Assembly (NCBI GenBank): GCA_963697895.1
Contig: OY969100.1
Coordinates: 384,001 to 448,000, forward strand
Direction: 5' to 3'
Length of the DNA stretch: 64,000 nucleotides
Source of the DNA: an uncultured Methanomicrobiales archaeon
GTDB lineage: Archaea; Halobacteriota; Methanomicrobia; Methanomicrobiales; Methanospirillaceae
Made by a program: the position numbers and the translations under genes. Numbering within the stretch: the stretch's first letter is position 1; each line of letters starts with the position of its first letter. Under the pieces are notes generated by a model. The model was not told the DNA's origin, searched no databases, and worked only from the letters and a program-made list of their open reading frames with translations. Positions 50,925 to 62,266 of this stretch are shown here, one piece after another.

Positions 50925-52241
50925 TTATGCTTTGCCCGGCACAAACCAGTCGGGGAGCACGAAGTCGGTCTGTTTTAAATTGGAAGGCCAGACGATCTCC
51001 GGTCTCGTCTCATTGACTGATGAATCCCAACGCAGCTGCTCCATGGTGAGGTCAAACTTGCTCTCCCGGTAGTCCTTGGAGAAGCTGATCGTCCGATTCG
51101 TCATCGCCTCCACCATCTGAGGCATGCTGAGATTGCCAAGTGCGTCGCGGATCGCTGTTTTGTTCAGGGTTCCCGCGTCTCCTACCGCCTGGGCACCCAT
51201 ATAAACCCCTTCATAGGTCGCGACACCCATCATCCCCGGGAATCCGCCGAATTTATTATCGAAATCGGCAACAAACTTCTGTGAAGCGATTTCCGTGGGC
51301 CCTTTCGGTACAGTATACGGGCTGAACCGGCTCTGGATGATGGAGAAATCGGCATAATTACCAACGCCCTTATAGAAATCGGGGTCGTCATTCGGTTCTA
51401 CTGCAGTGAATATCTTGTTTAGACCAACATCTCTTCTTGCCTGGGTCTCGATCGGGATCTGTTCGTTCAGAAACGCCGCTACGTATACGACATCGGGATC
51501 GGCACTCTTGATGCTGGTGAGCACCGTCCGGAAATCACTCTCACCCATCTTGAAGGCTTCTTCTGAGACGACTTCGATCTTCAGGTTGTTTTTAGCAATG
51601 GTATCTTTTATTGCGGTCTGGTGGCCTTTTCCATACGGGCTGTCCTGATAGAGAATTGCAAGGCGGAGCGGCCGATCTTCCGTGTATCCGAATTTGGCAT
51701 TGATAGCCGGGCGAATGGTATCGTTGATAAAGAGCGTGGTCTGTCCTCCCGAATCGTCTGTGGTCGGTGCATGATGGAACATATAACTGGTATCCACATC
51801 GGTCCGGCGGGTAATGACCGGTGTCGATGCACCCGTGATGATATAGGGAACCTTGTTATCAGCCACGATCGACTGGTGGGCTGAAACGACTGCGCTGGAG
51901 AAACCTCCGACCAGCAGATCGACGTTGTCCTGGGTGATCATACGCGAGACCGCTTTTTGACCTCCTTCGCGGGTGGACTCATCGTCACCCTGGATCAGTT
52001 TGATCGGGATCTTCGTGTTAAGTTCTTTGACATACACCCCACCATTTGCATTGATCTCGTCAGCGGCGAGCTGTGCAGACTGCCAGATGTCCTTTCCGGT
52101 GGTGCTCGCCGGGCCCGTCATCGAGGCAACGACCCCGATCTTGAGCTCGCTCTTCGTAGAAGACGAAGGCTGGCTCGTGCATCCGGCTATCAATACAACT
52201 GCGATCAATAAAATCGATATAACTGCCAGTTCACGTTTCAT
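50925..52241 (-). CDS. HAAT ABC transporter substrate-binding lipoprotein
   Basis: Lipobox LIAGC; KIGVVASMTG, ADEINANGG, DFRTVLT. Confidence 0.88.
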   Translation of the reverse strand: MKRELAVISILLIAVVLIAGCTSQPSSSTKSELKIGVVASMTGPASTTGKDIWQSAQLAADEINANGGVYVKELNTKIPIKLIQGDDESTREGGQKAVSRMITQDNVDLLVGGFSSAVVSAHQSIVADNKVPYIITGASTPVITRRTDVDTSYMFHHAPTTDDSGGQTTLFINDTIRPAINAKFGYTEDRPLRLAILYQDSPYGKGHQTAIKDTIAKNNLKIEVVSEEAFKMGESDFRTVLTSIKSADPDVVYVAAFLNEQIPIETQARRDVGLNKIFTAVEPNDDPDFYKGVGNYADFSIIQSRFSPYTVPKGPTEIASQKFVADFDNKFGGFPGMMGVATYEGVYMGAQAVGDAGTLNKTAIRDALGNLSMPQMVEAMTNRTISFSKDYRESKFDLTMEQLRWDSSVNETRPEIVWPSNLKQTDFVLPDWFVPGKA

Positions 52242-52554
52242 GGATTCACTGCCATGCTATGTTATAGCATGACAATATGAGGCAGAATCGAACATAAAGG
52301 TTGTTATTTAGGCCCTATTCTGCCCTCAACCGGGCCGGTCCGCAGAGAAAATAACCTCCAACTTCAGGATGTCTTCTCCCGGGATCCCCGATCGAATATC
52401 CGGCAGCCACGGTATAGCCTCGTCTCATTCATTTTGGAATCTGCAATCTCTACCTTTTTTCCCCCCCAAAAAAAATGTGAGAGAAGGATTCCTGTTCTCT
52501 CCATAATACCGTTCTGTTCAATGGGATGAGATGGAATTTAGGGTTGAATCCCGC

Positions 52555-53769
52555 TTAACCAAACAGTTCTTTCGACTGCTCCAGAGCTTCGACCGCGGGC
52601 AGTTTCTTTCCGGTGAGAAACTCGATGCAGGCCCCCCCACCAGTAGATATATGAGTGAACCGGTTTTCCAGCCCCAGTTTTTCGATCACGGCCGCAGTAT
52701 GTCCCCCCCCTACGACCGAGAATTCGACATCAGCCGCAGCTTTCAGCAGTTCATAGGTTCCGGTGGCGAAATCTTTGTCCTCGAATACACCTGCCGGGCC
52801 GTTAAACACGACCGTTCCTGCATCATGAAGTACCCCCCGCAGGGTCCCGATTGCATCTATGCCGATATCGAGAACCGGTGCATTTTCGGGGATGGCACTG
52901 ACCGGATATTCGACCCGGCGGTTCTCCTCCCTCACCGCCACCCAGTCGGGCACAATGATCCGGTTCCCATACCGGGAAAGGAGATTCCGTGCCCGTTCGA
53001 TCTCTTTATCATACTTGAGCTGGTGGATCAGGTGCGTGGACGGTTTTCCTATCACAAAACCCTGTGCGATCAGAAAAACATTGGCGACTACTCCGATCAC
53101 GATCACCTGATCGGCGATTCCATATTCCAGCATATGCTCTGCTACCGCGATCGAATCATCAACCTTGGTCCCGCCAAGAATCATACAAACCGGCTTCGGT
53201 GCTCCCTGAAAGACACGGGTCAGGGTGGAAACCTCCTTTTCCATAAGGAGACCCGCGGCAGAACGCATTACCAGAGGAAGTCCTACCATCGTCGGTTGTG
53301 AACGATGGGCGGTGCCGAACGCGTCGTTGACATAGACATCTGCCATTGACGCGAGCTGGGAGACGATATATGTTTTCTTGGCCTCTTCCGCCTTCAATGT
53401 AAGGTTTTCCTCGGCATTGAACCGCACATTCTCGAGCATGAGGATATCCCCGGTTCTCAAACCCCGCACCGCTTCACGTGCACACCGGCCGAAAATATCA
53501 TCTGTATACCGCACGGGACGGCCGAGGAGGGTCTGAAGCTTCTCGGCATGTGACTCCAGCGTTGAAAAGTCTTTTTTGCCCGGTCTGCTCTGGTGGGTCA
53601 GGATCACGACCCTGCAGTCCTGGAGAGCACGTACGGTGGGAATATGTTCACGGAAGCGCTTATCATCCAGGATCAGCTTCGATGCCGGATCGATCGGGGA
53701 GTTCAGATCAAGCCGGAGGAGAACCACACGGCCGGTGCATCCTAATTCACCCAGCGTGCCGATCGACAC
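52555..53769 (-). CDS. pgk: Phosphoglycerate kinase
   Basis: RLDLNSP, HQSRP, LENVRF, NDAFGTAHR, NGPAGVFE, GGGHT, HISTGGGA. Confidence 0.96.
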   Translation of the reverse strand: MSIGTLGELGCTGRVVLLRLDLNSPIDPASKLILDDKRFREHIPTVRALQDCRVVILTHQSRPGKKDFSTLESHAEKLQTLLGRPVRYTDDIFGRCAREAVRGLRTGDILMLENVRFNAEENLTLKAEEAKKTYIVSQLASMADVYVNDAFGTAHRSQPTMVGLPLVMRSAAGLLMEKEVSTLTRVFQGAPKPVCMILGGTKVDDSIAVAEHMLEYGIADQVIVIGVVANVFLIAQGFVIGKPSTHLIHQLKYDKEIERARNLLSRYGNRIIVPDWVAVREENRRVEYPVSAIPENAPVLDIGIDAIGTLRGVLHDAGTVVFNGPAGVFEDKDFATGTYELLKAAADVEFSVVGGGHTAAVIEKLGLENRFTHISTGGGACIEFLTGKKLPAVEALEQSKELFG

Positions 53770-53781
53770 TGAATCCCTCCG

Positions 53782-54411
53782 TTAAGCCGTACTCCGCGCT
53801 TTGATCTTCTTGAGCCGGAAGAGTTCCTCCCGTTCCATCTCATCGAGCCGCATCTTGATGAAATCCCGCGTCTCGGTCAGTTCGGGGATAACTTTAAATT
53901 CGAGTGCGTTCACGCGTCGTTTCGTCGACTCGATCTCGTCCAGGAGCTTTTTCATGGTTGTTTCTATCTCGGCACTCTCGATCACGGCCTCGACGAGGTC
54001 TTCATAGGCAAGCGCCGTTTCATCGATCACCGAGGATGTCCCGAGTACTCCATACCCCCGATCCACGAGGCTTTTCCTGACCTTGGACGATCCGATCTCC
54101 GGCACGACGACTCCCATAATGTTCTTGCTCATCAGAGAGATCGTGGGAACTTCCTGCACAGAAAATGCCGCCGATTTCACACCGATGGTGCCTTCTATCG
54201 TATTGGCCAGTGCCATCATGTCGGTCGCCCGCTGATATTTCGTGAGAAGATCGCCACGGCTGTCTTTTGCATCCGCGAGCACCTTGAAAAATTCAAGGAT
54301 CAGGCCATCGCGCTTCATTTTAAGGATTTTATAACCCCGCTCCGAAAGTGCGATCCTCCTTTTCAGGCCGATCAGTTCGGATCGGGTCGGTTTGACATCC
54401 ATGAGCGCCAT
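53782..54411 (-). CDS. atpD: A1AO ATP synthase subunit D
   Basis: KPTRSEL, LKMKRDGL, KNIMGV, KRRVNALE. Confidence 0.95.
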   Translation of the reverse strand: MALMDVKPTRSELIGLKRRIALSERGYKILKMKRDGLILEFFKVLADAKDSRGDLLTKYQRATDMMALANTIEGTIGVKSAAFSVQEVPTISLMSKNIMGVVVPEIGSSKVRKSLVDRGYGVLGTSSVIDETALAYEDLVEAVIESAEIETTMKKLLDEIESTKRRVNALEFKVIPELTETRDFIKMRLDEMEREELFRLKKIKARSTA

Positions 54412-54417
54412 GGTTCG

Positions 54418-55809
54418 CTACTCCGCAGCCTGGGCTGCTCCCCTGAATTTGGGATGATACTTGTTGATCAGGTCACGATCGATACGGACAAGCTGCTCAA
54501 CCGGGAGGGTGGCGAGAAGGTTCCAGCCGAGGTCGAGGGTATCCGTGATCGTTCGATCTTCCTCATACCCCTGCTTGACGAACCGGTGTTCGAAGAGGTC
54601 GGCAAATTCAAGGAACATCCGGTCCCGTTCGGACAAAGCATCCTTCCCGACTATTGCCACGAGACCTCTCAGGTCGTTCCCTTCCGCATATCCGGCATAC
54701 AACTGGTCGGAGACTTTCTTGTGATCCTCACGGGTGTGCTCCTTCCCGATACCGAGGTTCATGAGCCGGGAAAGAGAGGGGAGGACATTGATTGGGGGAT
54801 AAATGCCTTTACGGTGCAGATCACGACTCACGACAATCTGTCCCTCGGTAATGTAACCGGTCAGGTCCGGGATCGGGTGGGTGATATCATCCCCCGGCAT
54901 GGTAAGGATCGGGATCTGGGTAACCGAACCTTTAATACCCTTGATGATACCGGCACGCTCGTATATGCTTGCCAGGTCCGTGTACATGTATCCGGGATAC
55001 CCGCGTCGGCCGGGCACTTCCTCGCGTGCCGCCCCAATCTGCCGGAGAGCCTCACAATAGTTCGTCATATCGGTCAGTATGACCAGCACATGCATCCCGA
55101 GATCGAACGCGAGGTATTCCGCCGTCGTCAGCGCGAGGCGGGGGGTGATAATCCGCTCGACAGCCGGATCGTCTGCCAGGTTGAGGAAGACGACTGCCCG
55201 CTCCAGTGCTCCGGTGCGTTCGAAGTCCTCCATGAAATGATTGGCCTCTTCTTTGGTGATACCCATCGCCGCGAAGACGACCGCGAACGAATCTTTTGAT
55301 CCCGGGACTTTTGCCTGCCGGGCGATCTGAAGCGCCACGTTGTTGTGGGGCAGTCCGGCGCCACTGAAGATGGGTAGTTTCTGACCACGAACGAGCGTGT
55401 TCGTGCCGTCGATTGTAGAGATACCCGTCTGGATAAAGTCAGACGGGGATCCGCGGGCATAGGGGTTGATCGCGGCACCTGTGATATCGAGCCTCTTTTC
55501 GGGGACGATATCGGGTCCGCCGTCGATTGGTTTTCCTCCGCCCGAGAGGATCCTTCCGAGCATCTCCCGTCCGACCGGCATCTTGATCGTCTCGCCGGTG
55601 AACCGGACGCCACTGTCCCTCCCAATTCCGGCCGTTGTTTCGAAGACCTGCACAACGACGAGATCGTCGCTCGTGTCCAGCACCTGACCGCGTTTGACGG
55701 CCCCCGTCGAGATAACTATATTGACGAGTTCGCCGTACCCGATAGGCTCGGTCTTCTCCACAAAGACCAGGGGGCCGGCGATTTTGTTGATCGTTCTGTA
55801 TTCCTTCAT
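54418..55809 (-). CDS. atpB: A1AO ATP synthase subunit B
   Basis: [33 protein letters not shown]. Confidence 0.97.
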   Translation of the reverse strand: MKEYRTINKIAGPLVFVEKTEPIGYGELVNIVISTGAVKRGQVLDTSDDLVVVQVFETTAGIGRDSGVRFTGETIKMPVGREMLGRILSGGGKPIDGGPDIVPEKRLDITGAAINPYARGSPSDFIQTGISTIDGTNTLVRGQKLPIFSGAGLPHNNVALQIARQAKVPGSKDSFAVVFAAMGITKEEANHFMEDFERTGALERAVVFLNLADDPAVERIITPRLALTTAEYLAFDLGMHVLVILTDMTNYCEALRQIGAAREEVPGRRGYPGYMYTDLASIYERAGIIKGIKGSVTQIPILTMPGDDITHPIPDLTGYITEGQIVVSRDLHRKGIYPPINVLPSLSRLMNLGIGKEHTREDHKKVSDQLYAGYAEGNDLRGLVAIVGKDALSERDRMFLEFADLFEHRFVKQGYEEDRTITDTLDLGWNLLATLPVEQLVRIDRDLINKYHPKFRGAAQAAE

Positions 55810-57573
55810 GCTGCCGACCTCAGTGCGTTGAATTCCCGTTCCATTTCTTCCAGGATCCGGTTGAGCTCAGGGGTATAGTCCTTTATGAACTTGATCTGCG
55901 GGAGATCGTTCTTCGCCTTCACCGCCATGATCTGCTGGGGAGTGACCCCCGCGACCTGTGCAGCATACGCAAGGTCGGAGAACTGCCGGATTGCCTTCAT
56001 CATATCGTACTGTTTCGTCATGTCGCAGAACGTATCGACTTTATCATAGGCGTTCTGTTGCAGGAAGATCTCCCGGATCATGCGGGCCACCTCGATGGTA
56101 ACCTGTTCCGATTCGGGTAATGCGTCAGAACCGACGAGCTGAACGATCTCCTGCAATTCCGCTTCTTTCTGGAGGACCTCCATCGCCCAGGAACGGATAA
56201 TATTCCATTCCGGGGATACTTCCCGGTCATACCAGTCATGGAGACTGTCCAGATAGAGGGAATAGGAATTCAGCCAGTTGATCGCGGGGAAATGTCTCCT
56301 TTGCGAAAGTTTTGCATCCAGCGCCCAGAAGACTTTCACGATACGGAGCGTGTTCTGGGTGACGGGTTCCGAGAAGTCTCCCCCCGGCGGGGATACCGCA
56401 CCGATCACCGATACGGAGCCGCTGTCCCCGTTCAGCGTGGTAACCAGTCCCGACCGTTCGTAGAATTCGGAAAGACGTGCGGCCAGGTACGCGGGATATC
56501 CTTCCTCACCCGGCATCTCCTCGAGACGGGACGAGATCTCCCGCATCGCCTCTGCCCAACGGGAGGTTGAATCCGCCATCAGCGATACGTCATATCCCAT
56601 ATCCCGGAAGTACTCTGCAATGGTGATTCCGGTGTATACAGACGCCTCACGTGCGGCGACCGGCATATTGCTCGTGTTTGCGATGAGCACCGTCCGCTCC
56701 ATGAGTGGTTTTCCAGTCTTCGGGTCCTCGAGTTCCGGAAATTCGGTCAGCACTTCTGTCATCTCATTCCCACGCTCGCCGCACCCGATGTATACCACAA
56801 TCTCTGCATCACTCCATTTCGCGAGTTGCTGCTGAGTAACCGTCTTGCCGCTCCCGAAGGGGCCCGGGATCGCAGCGGTACCGCCCTTCGCGATGGGAAA
56901 CAGCCCGTCCAGGATTCGTTGTCCGGTGATCAGGGGAATCGTCGGGTTCAGCTTTTCCTTAACCGGTCGGGGCACCCGTACCGGCCACTTCTGCATCATC
57001 GTCAGTCTCGGTACCGTTATCGAGGACGCAGATTACCTCTTCGATGGTGAACGAGCCGCTTTTTATACTTTTTACCGTACCCCCGGCCATATTAGGCGGA
57101 ACCATAATTTTATGAACAATATTGGTCTCCTGCACCTCCCCGATGATGCTGCCGGGCGAGACGTTTGTGCCCTCCTTCACGAGTGGTTTGAACTCCCATT
57201 TCTTCGTATGATTGAGTCCCGGGGCGGTTACCCCGCGTTCGATAAAGTTACCCATCTTCTGCACGAGCACGGACAACGGCCTCTGAATACCATCATAAAT
57301 ACTGGTCAGGAGGCCGGGTCCCAGTTCCACGGAGAGGGAGAGGCCGGTATTGATCACCGGTTCACCGGGGCGGATACCCGATGTATCTTCATAGACCTGG
57401 ATGATCACATCGCCTCCGGCTATCTTGATCACCTCTCCCATCAGCTCCTCGCGGCCGACCTTAACCACATCATACATATGTGCATCCAGGTTGACCGCGG
57501 TGACCACTGGCCCTGCAATTCGCTTGAGAACTCCCATTTCACCGCTTTTTGATGTTTTTCCTTTCACTTCCAC
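55806..57573 (-). CDS. atpA: A1AO ATP synthase subunit A, apparent 1-nt insertion at about 57006
   Basis: N-part IAGPVV...DGIQRPL; C-part [19 protein letters not shown]; deleting one base gives [15 protein letters not shown]. Confidence 0.93.
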
Positions 57574-57866
57574 AGATCAACACCCACCGATCTCTTAATT
57601 CGCTCTCTCATGGACATTCCCCCTTCTTCGCCTCCTATCGCGATGACGGTCGGTTTCACCGATTCTTCAAGAGTCATCTGCAGACGACGGGGAATTCTGG
57701 CCATATCTCTGCTGTTCAAAACGAGGATCCCGACTTCCCCGTCACCAAGGACCGTATTGATGTACTTCACCAGTTTCTCATCGTTCTCGGCCGCATAGGT
57801 CTTCCGGATCCCCGCAAGCCTGAAGCCCAGGATGAATTCGCTGTTTCCAATTACGGCGATCTCCAT
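57564..57866 (-). CDS. atpF: A1AO ATP synthase subunit F
   Basis: IAVIG...GFRLAGI...IKRSVGVDL. Confidence 0.95.
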   Translation of the reverse strand: MEIAVIGNSEFILGFRLAGIRKTYAAENDEKLVKYINTVLGDGEVGILVLNSRDMARIPRRLQMTLEESVKPTVIAIGGEEGGMSMRERIKRSVGVDLWK

Positions 57867-58923
57867 CTACATCACCAGGTATCCCTTGATACGGTCCGGC
57901 TGGAGGTTTGCCTCCTTTCCACGTGCAATGGCACGGAGATTAAAGACCTCATATTTTTTCCGTTCGAGATACGCGAGGATCGGGTGGATGGAAAAGGGAT
58001 TGAATTTTGCCAGTCTTTCCATCCGGGCGAGCTGCATCCTGATTAAGGCGATCTCGATCTCACTGATGGAATGGTTCCCACGAACCTGTTCGAGCATATC
58101 CAGGAGTGGCTTGATCTTAATTTTTGCCTTGACGGCATCGATAAACTCATCATCGTCTCCCATGCCGGTCAGTCGCTGGAAGTCCTCTGATGAGAATGTT
58201 CCCCCCGGGATCATCATGTCCCGTGCATCCTCCTTCATCTTATCCCTCCGGATCCGGAACATGTTCCGGATGTTCGTGATATCGATATCGAGGAGGATAT
58301 ACTGCAGGAACGCGTCCGTCCCTTTCAGACCGCTCCGGGCATTCACGAGCATATCCGCATAGAACTGCTTATAGAGTTCATTTTCCATGCGAGCGAATGA
58401 ACCCTCTTCCACCGCCCGCGGATACTCACGTTCGAGGATACGATACATTCTTCGCCCTTTCAATGAGGCAATGACCCGTTCCGGGCTCTCCTCTGCCACC
58501 AGCCGATCGAGGATATTCCGGTCGAGCTCGCCGGCAGGGATCAGCACCTCCTTGATCTTTCCGGGTTTCAATCCCTGCATCTTCCCGCGGAGAATGGTGA
58601 GGACATTCTGGATATCCCAGCGCTCCAGATATGCCCGGGTGAACTGTTTCAGGACCCCCGGTGCAATCGTCAGGATGCTCTGGTACTCTTTGGCAAGGTT
58701 CCACGAAAGCCCGAGTTCGATCAGGTCGATCCCCCGGAATTTCGTGGCAAATTCATCAATCTCCCGCTTGTACTCGGTTTCCTCGATGAACCGGGTGATC
58801 TCTGGGAGGCTCATGTTCAGGAGCCTCTGATAGTCTTCCCGGGGAAGGAAGCTTAGCCATCCGAACCCGTATCCGTGTGCAGACATAGATGTATGGAGAA
58901 GGACCTCCCGTTACTTCAGCCAT
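57867..58923 (-). CDS. atpC: A1AO ATP synthase subunit C, apparent 1-nt insertion near 58847-58850
   Basis: ATG 58923 with GGAGG RBS gives MAEVTGGPSPYIYVCTRIRVRMAKL, which joins LPREDYQ after removing one base. Confidence 0.9.
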
Positions 58924-58935
58924 CAGGTACCCTCC

Positions 58936-59515
58936 TCATCCGAACAGAATATCCGAGGCATCCTTAAGTCCTGTTTCCCACACGATGTCCAGGAATGTTC
59001 GGTAGCTGAGATCAAGCTGGAGCTCCCCGTCCGTGCTTTCGACGGTGATTCCCCCCTCGATGTCAACTACATTTCCTGCCATGTATCCCCTGAATGCGCT
59101 TTCAGCATCGATCAGCTGTTTCAGAGACGGCATATCCCGGGCATTACAATGTACAATACCTTCCGGCACCTCCGATTTCGCCTGAGCAAGCAGTTTTTTT
59201 AATACATCCCTGTGGAAGCCCTCCGGTCAGCTGCCCTATGGAGCCCAGGGTTTTCCGATAGACCTGGTCGAGGAGATCTTTCTCGGTATTCAGCAGTTTG
59301 CGCTTAACCACGAGATTTGCGGCAGAGACCTCCTGTGATTGGAGGTGCCGTACCTGGCGAATGACCTCATCCTCTGCAGCCATCTTGATCTTCTCCGCTC
59401 GCTCCTGCGCCGACAGGAGGATACGGATGACCTCATCTTTGGTCTCCTTCCGGATCCTCTCAACTTCCCGTTCCCCTTTATCCCTGATCTCTCCTACAAC
59501 CGCTTCGAGTCCCAT
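58936..59515 (-). CDS. atpE: A1AO ATP synthase subunit E, apparent 1-nt insertion at about 59227
   Basis: MGLEAVV... helical N-part and GGITVES.DG...LF C-part; removing one base gives QLPEGFHRDVLKKLLAQA. Confidence 0.9.
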
Positions 59516-59525
59516 GGTCTCTCCA

Positions 59526-59774
59526 TCAGAACAAGAGGAGCAGCCCGACGACTAGACCGAATATGACGATCGTTTCGGGAATGACCGTCAGGAGCAGGAC
59601 AAGGCCGAAGACATCCTTGTTTTCTGCCGTTGCACCCACTGCCGCCGCACCTATGGAATACTCGGCAAGTCCTGTCGCGAGACCAGTGAGGCCGACTGCG
59701 ATGCCTGCAGCGATTGCTTTCATTCCGACCTGCGATGCCTGAACCATTTCAAGAGTCATGTTTCCGTCAACCAT
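59526..59774 (-). CDS. atpK: A1AO ATP synthase proteolipid c (K), single hairpin
   Basis: AGIAVGLTGLATGLAE..IGAAAVG...IPETIVIFG. Confidence 0.95.
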   Translation of the reverse strand: MVDGNMTLEMVQASQVGMKAIAAGIAVGLTGLATGLAEYSIGAAAVGATAENKDVFGLVLLLTVIPETIVIFGLVVGLLLLF

Positions 59775-59776
59775 TT

Positions 59777-61750
59777 TTAATCCTCCGTAAATTGTCTAAT
59801 AATTCCAAATGGATTGTATTTAACGCCTCCACCCTTGTAGAACTTGGTGAAGAATTCGACATAATTCAACCTGAGGGACTGCAGTCCCCCGCCGATCAGA
59901 CCAAGGATCATATTCAACAGCTGGCCGACGATCCACACGGCAACGCCGACGATGATGAATACGACTCCGAATATGGTCAGATTTTCAAGTTGGGGTGCAA
60001 TGATCAGATCGATGGCGATGAAATTGATAACCATCGCGATTGCAACCGAAGAGAGCCCCACCCCGACCAGACGTGTATAGGAGAACACGTGGGAGAGGAT
60101 GGTGGGGAGTTCGACGAGCTCGAGCACAGAGTCGCGCACAATAAAGAGCACTCCGATAAGAATCATGGCCGCACCGGCGATACCCGCGATATTGAACCCC
60201 GCAACGACCGGTGGAAGACCGGTAAGATTCGGCATCAGCGGTATTGCAACCACGGACCAGATCATCAAAAGGACCCCCCACATCACGAGAAGCCAGCCCA
60301 AATTTGCCAGCACCGCTTTTACCCGGTGAGAACCGTGATCCTGGCGTGCATGATTCGCCATACCCAGGATTCTTCCGAGCGTGATATGCAATATCCCGAT
60401 CCAAACCGCGATGATCATCAGTTCCGGGACAGCAGGCCCCTCTTCCAGCCCGGAAGCCCCTCCGATATTGAGGTGTCTCGGGGGCAGAATAGAAGGCCAG
60501 GGAAGTCTGAAACCGAAGCATTCACTGAAAAAAACACCGAAAATGATGCTCGAGATACTTGCGTTCCGGAGTACATCAAGGAGCATTTTTCCGTCGGGAC
60601 CCTTGATGAACCGGCGCAGCCCGTAACTGAGCGCCAGGAGAATTGCACCGTATCCCACGTCTCCCAGTATCAGGCCGAAGAAGAGAGGAAAAATGATCGA
60701 TACGAATAGCGTCGGATCGATCTCAGAATACCTCGGACGGCCATAAACATCCACAAGGAACTGGGTCGGTTTTACGAAACGGGGATTGTCGTATTCCATC
60801 GGCACCCGATCGCGTTCGGGGTCGATCTCCTGCTCCTCGATGAGTACTTTCCCCCCCGCCGCTTCGTTCACAGCAGATGAGATCTCTGCGACCCTCTCTT
60901 TGGGTACCCATCCATCGGCAATAAATGAAAGTTCGGTGGTCGCGAATCTGAGCGGGGCTTCTGCCCTGGCCACATCCATACTCAACAGCTCGTCGCAGGC
61001 GACCAGGAATCCGGTATGCTCCTTTTTGATCTGCTCGAGGTGCTCATTGATCTCCCTGATCTCGGCTTGAATTGCGGCTATCTGCTGCGTTTTGGATTCT
61101 ATCGATACCATCGCAGGACCGGTATCCACAGGAATGGGGACCGCCTGGAACTGCACATCCAACAAGGCCCGTTCGACCGCACTCCGGTGTTCGTTCGGAG
61201 TGGCAACGATAATGAAATTCCCCTTTTTGGACGGAAGGTAAAAGGAATCGAACGGAACCCCCGGTTCAATAGGTTTGAGAACAAATCCCGCAAGAAAACT
61301 CAGATTCTCGTATCCCCTCAGGAGATCCAGGTCAATGGGGACATCGGCAAAGGGCGTCAATCCATCGACTTTCTGCTCCAGATCCTTCTCCTTAAGTTCC
61401 AGCTTGGAGCGCTTGCCGATCAGTCCTTCCACCTCATCTTCGATCCGGGGAAGCTCTTGTTCGATAAGCTGCCGGAGATCCGCGGATTTTTGGATTCGTT
61501 CCGTTTCCACATCCTCCGGCTTAATCATGAACGTGTTTGCGATCCCCCGGAGCCTGAGCAGCTCACTCGAAGCTTCATCGGCGCCCGGGAGGGGCATCCC
61601 AATCTTAAATCCTTCGTATTCGGAGCCTTCCCGCTCCACGAAGTCTTCGATATGGAAGACCCGGGCACGGTACATTTCCTGTATGATAGGATACATCTGG
61701 TCTTTCGATGCCACGATGAGCAGACGGCTCATAGATTCAGGCGCGAGCAT
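59777..61750 (-). CDS. atpI: A1AO ATP synthase subunit a (I)
   Basis: PRYSEIDPT, GDVGYG, SYTRL, LRLNYVEFFTKFY. Confidence 0.95.
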   Translation of the reverse strand: MLAPESMSRLLIVASKDQMYPIIQEMYRARVFHIEDFVEREGSEYEGFKIGMPLPGADEASSELLRLRGIANTFMIKPEDVETERIQKSADLRQLIEQELPRIEDEVEGLIGKRSKLELKEKDLEQKVDGLTPFADVPIDLDLLRGYENLSFLAGFVLKPIEPGVPFDSFYLPSKKGNFIIVATPNEHRSAVERALLDVQFQAVPIPVDTGPAMVSIESKTQQIAAIQAEIREINEHLEQIKKEHTGFLVACDELLSMDVARAEAPLRFATTELSFIADGWVPKERVAEISSAVNEAAGGKVLIEEQEIDPERDRVPMEYDNPRFVKPTQFLVDVYGRPRYSEIDPTLFVSIIFPLFFGLILGDVGYGAILLALSYGLRRFIKGPDGKMLLDVLRNASISSIIFGVFFSECFGFRLPWPSILPPRHLNIGGASGLEEGPAVPELMIIAVWIGILHITLGRILGMANHARQDHGSHRVKAVLANLGWLLVMWGVLLMIWSVVAIPLMPNLTGLPPVVAGFNIAGIAGAAMILIGVLFIVRDSVLELVELPTILSHVFSYTRLVGVGLSSVAIAMVINFIAIDLIIAPQLENLTIFGVVFIIVGVAVWIVGQLLNMILGLIGGGLQSLRLNYVEFFTKFYKGGGVKYNPFGIIRQFTED

Positions 61751-62066
61751 TCAGCTGCTCCTTAAACCGTGAAACCAACAGTTCCGCCGCTTTGGAGAGG
61801 TTTTTACTCCCTTTCTCCTTCAGTTCCGCTGCGCGCTGATCGCCGGCGCGAACGATCTCCGCGTGCTTTTCTGCGGCTTGCCGTCGTGCCTCTGCCAGCC
61901 TCTGTTTCTTGTATTCTTCTGCCCCGGCATTCGCCTTCAGGATTAGGTTATCGGCCTCCAGCTCGGCGTTTGAAATACTGCGTTTGCGCTCCGCTTCTGC
62001 CTCTTCGATCATCGTTCGGTAAGATTCTTCTGTCGTTTTGATGCTTTTCAAGACATCAGTCTTCAT
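61737..62066 (-). CDS. atpH: A1AO ATP synthase subunit H (peripheral stalk)
   Basis: Charged coiled-coil, first gene of the operon, overlaps atpI. Confidence 0.85.
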   Translation of the reverse strand: MKTDVLKSIKTTEESYRTMIEEAEAERKRSISNAELEADNLILKANAGAEEYKKQRLAEARRQAAEKHAEIVRAGDQRAAELKEKGSKNLSKAAELLVSRFKEQLNARA

Positions 62067-62266
62067 CCAACCCTCCTCTCATGGCATGTCAATATTTGAT
62101 GGAAATTATTTTTATACCTGTTGTTTTTCATTTCATCACCTCTTGAAAGGGCAATGCAGAGAATCAATAAATTGCCCGTCACGGGTAACCATGAGACAAA
62201 ATAGCATTGGGTACGGCTATCTGCCACGTATAAAATAAATTTCCTATCCCAGGTGGAATAATATCG

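Noticed and set aside
52555-53800. pgk 12 bp downstream of atpD as a novel functional link
   Set aside because: Probably ordinary read-through gene order; nothing further supports a special system.
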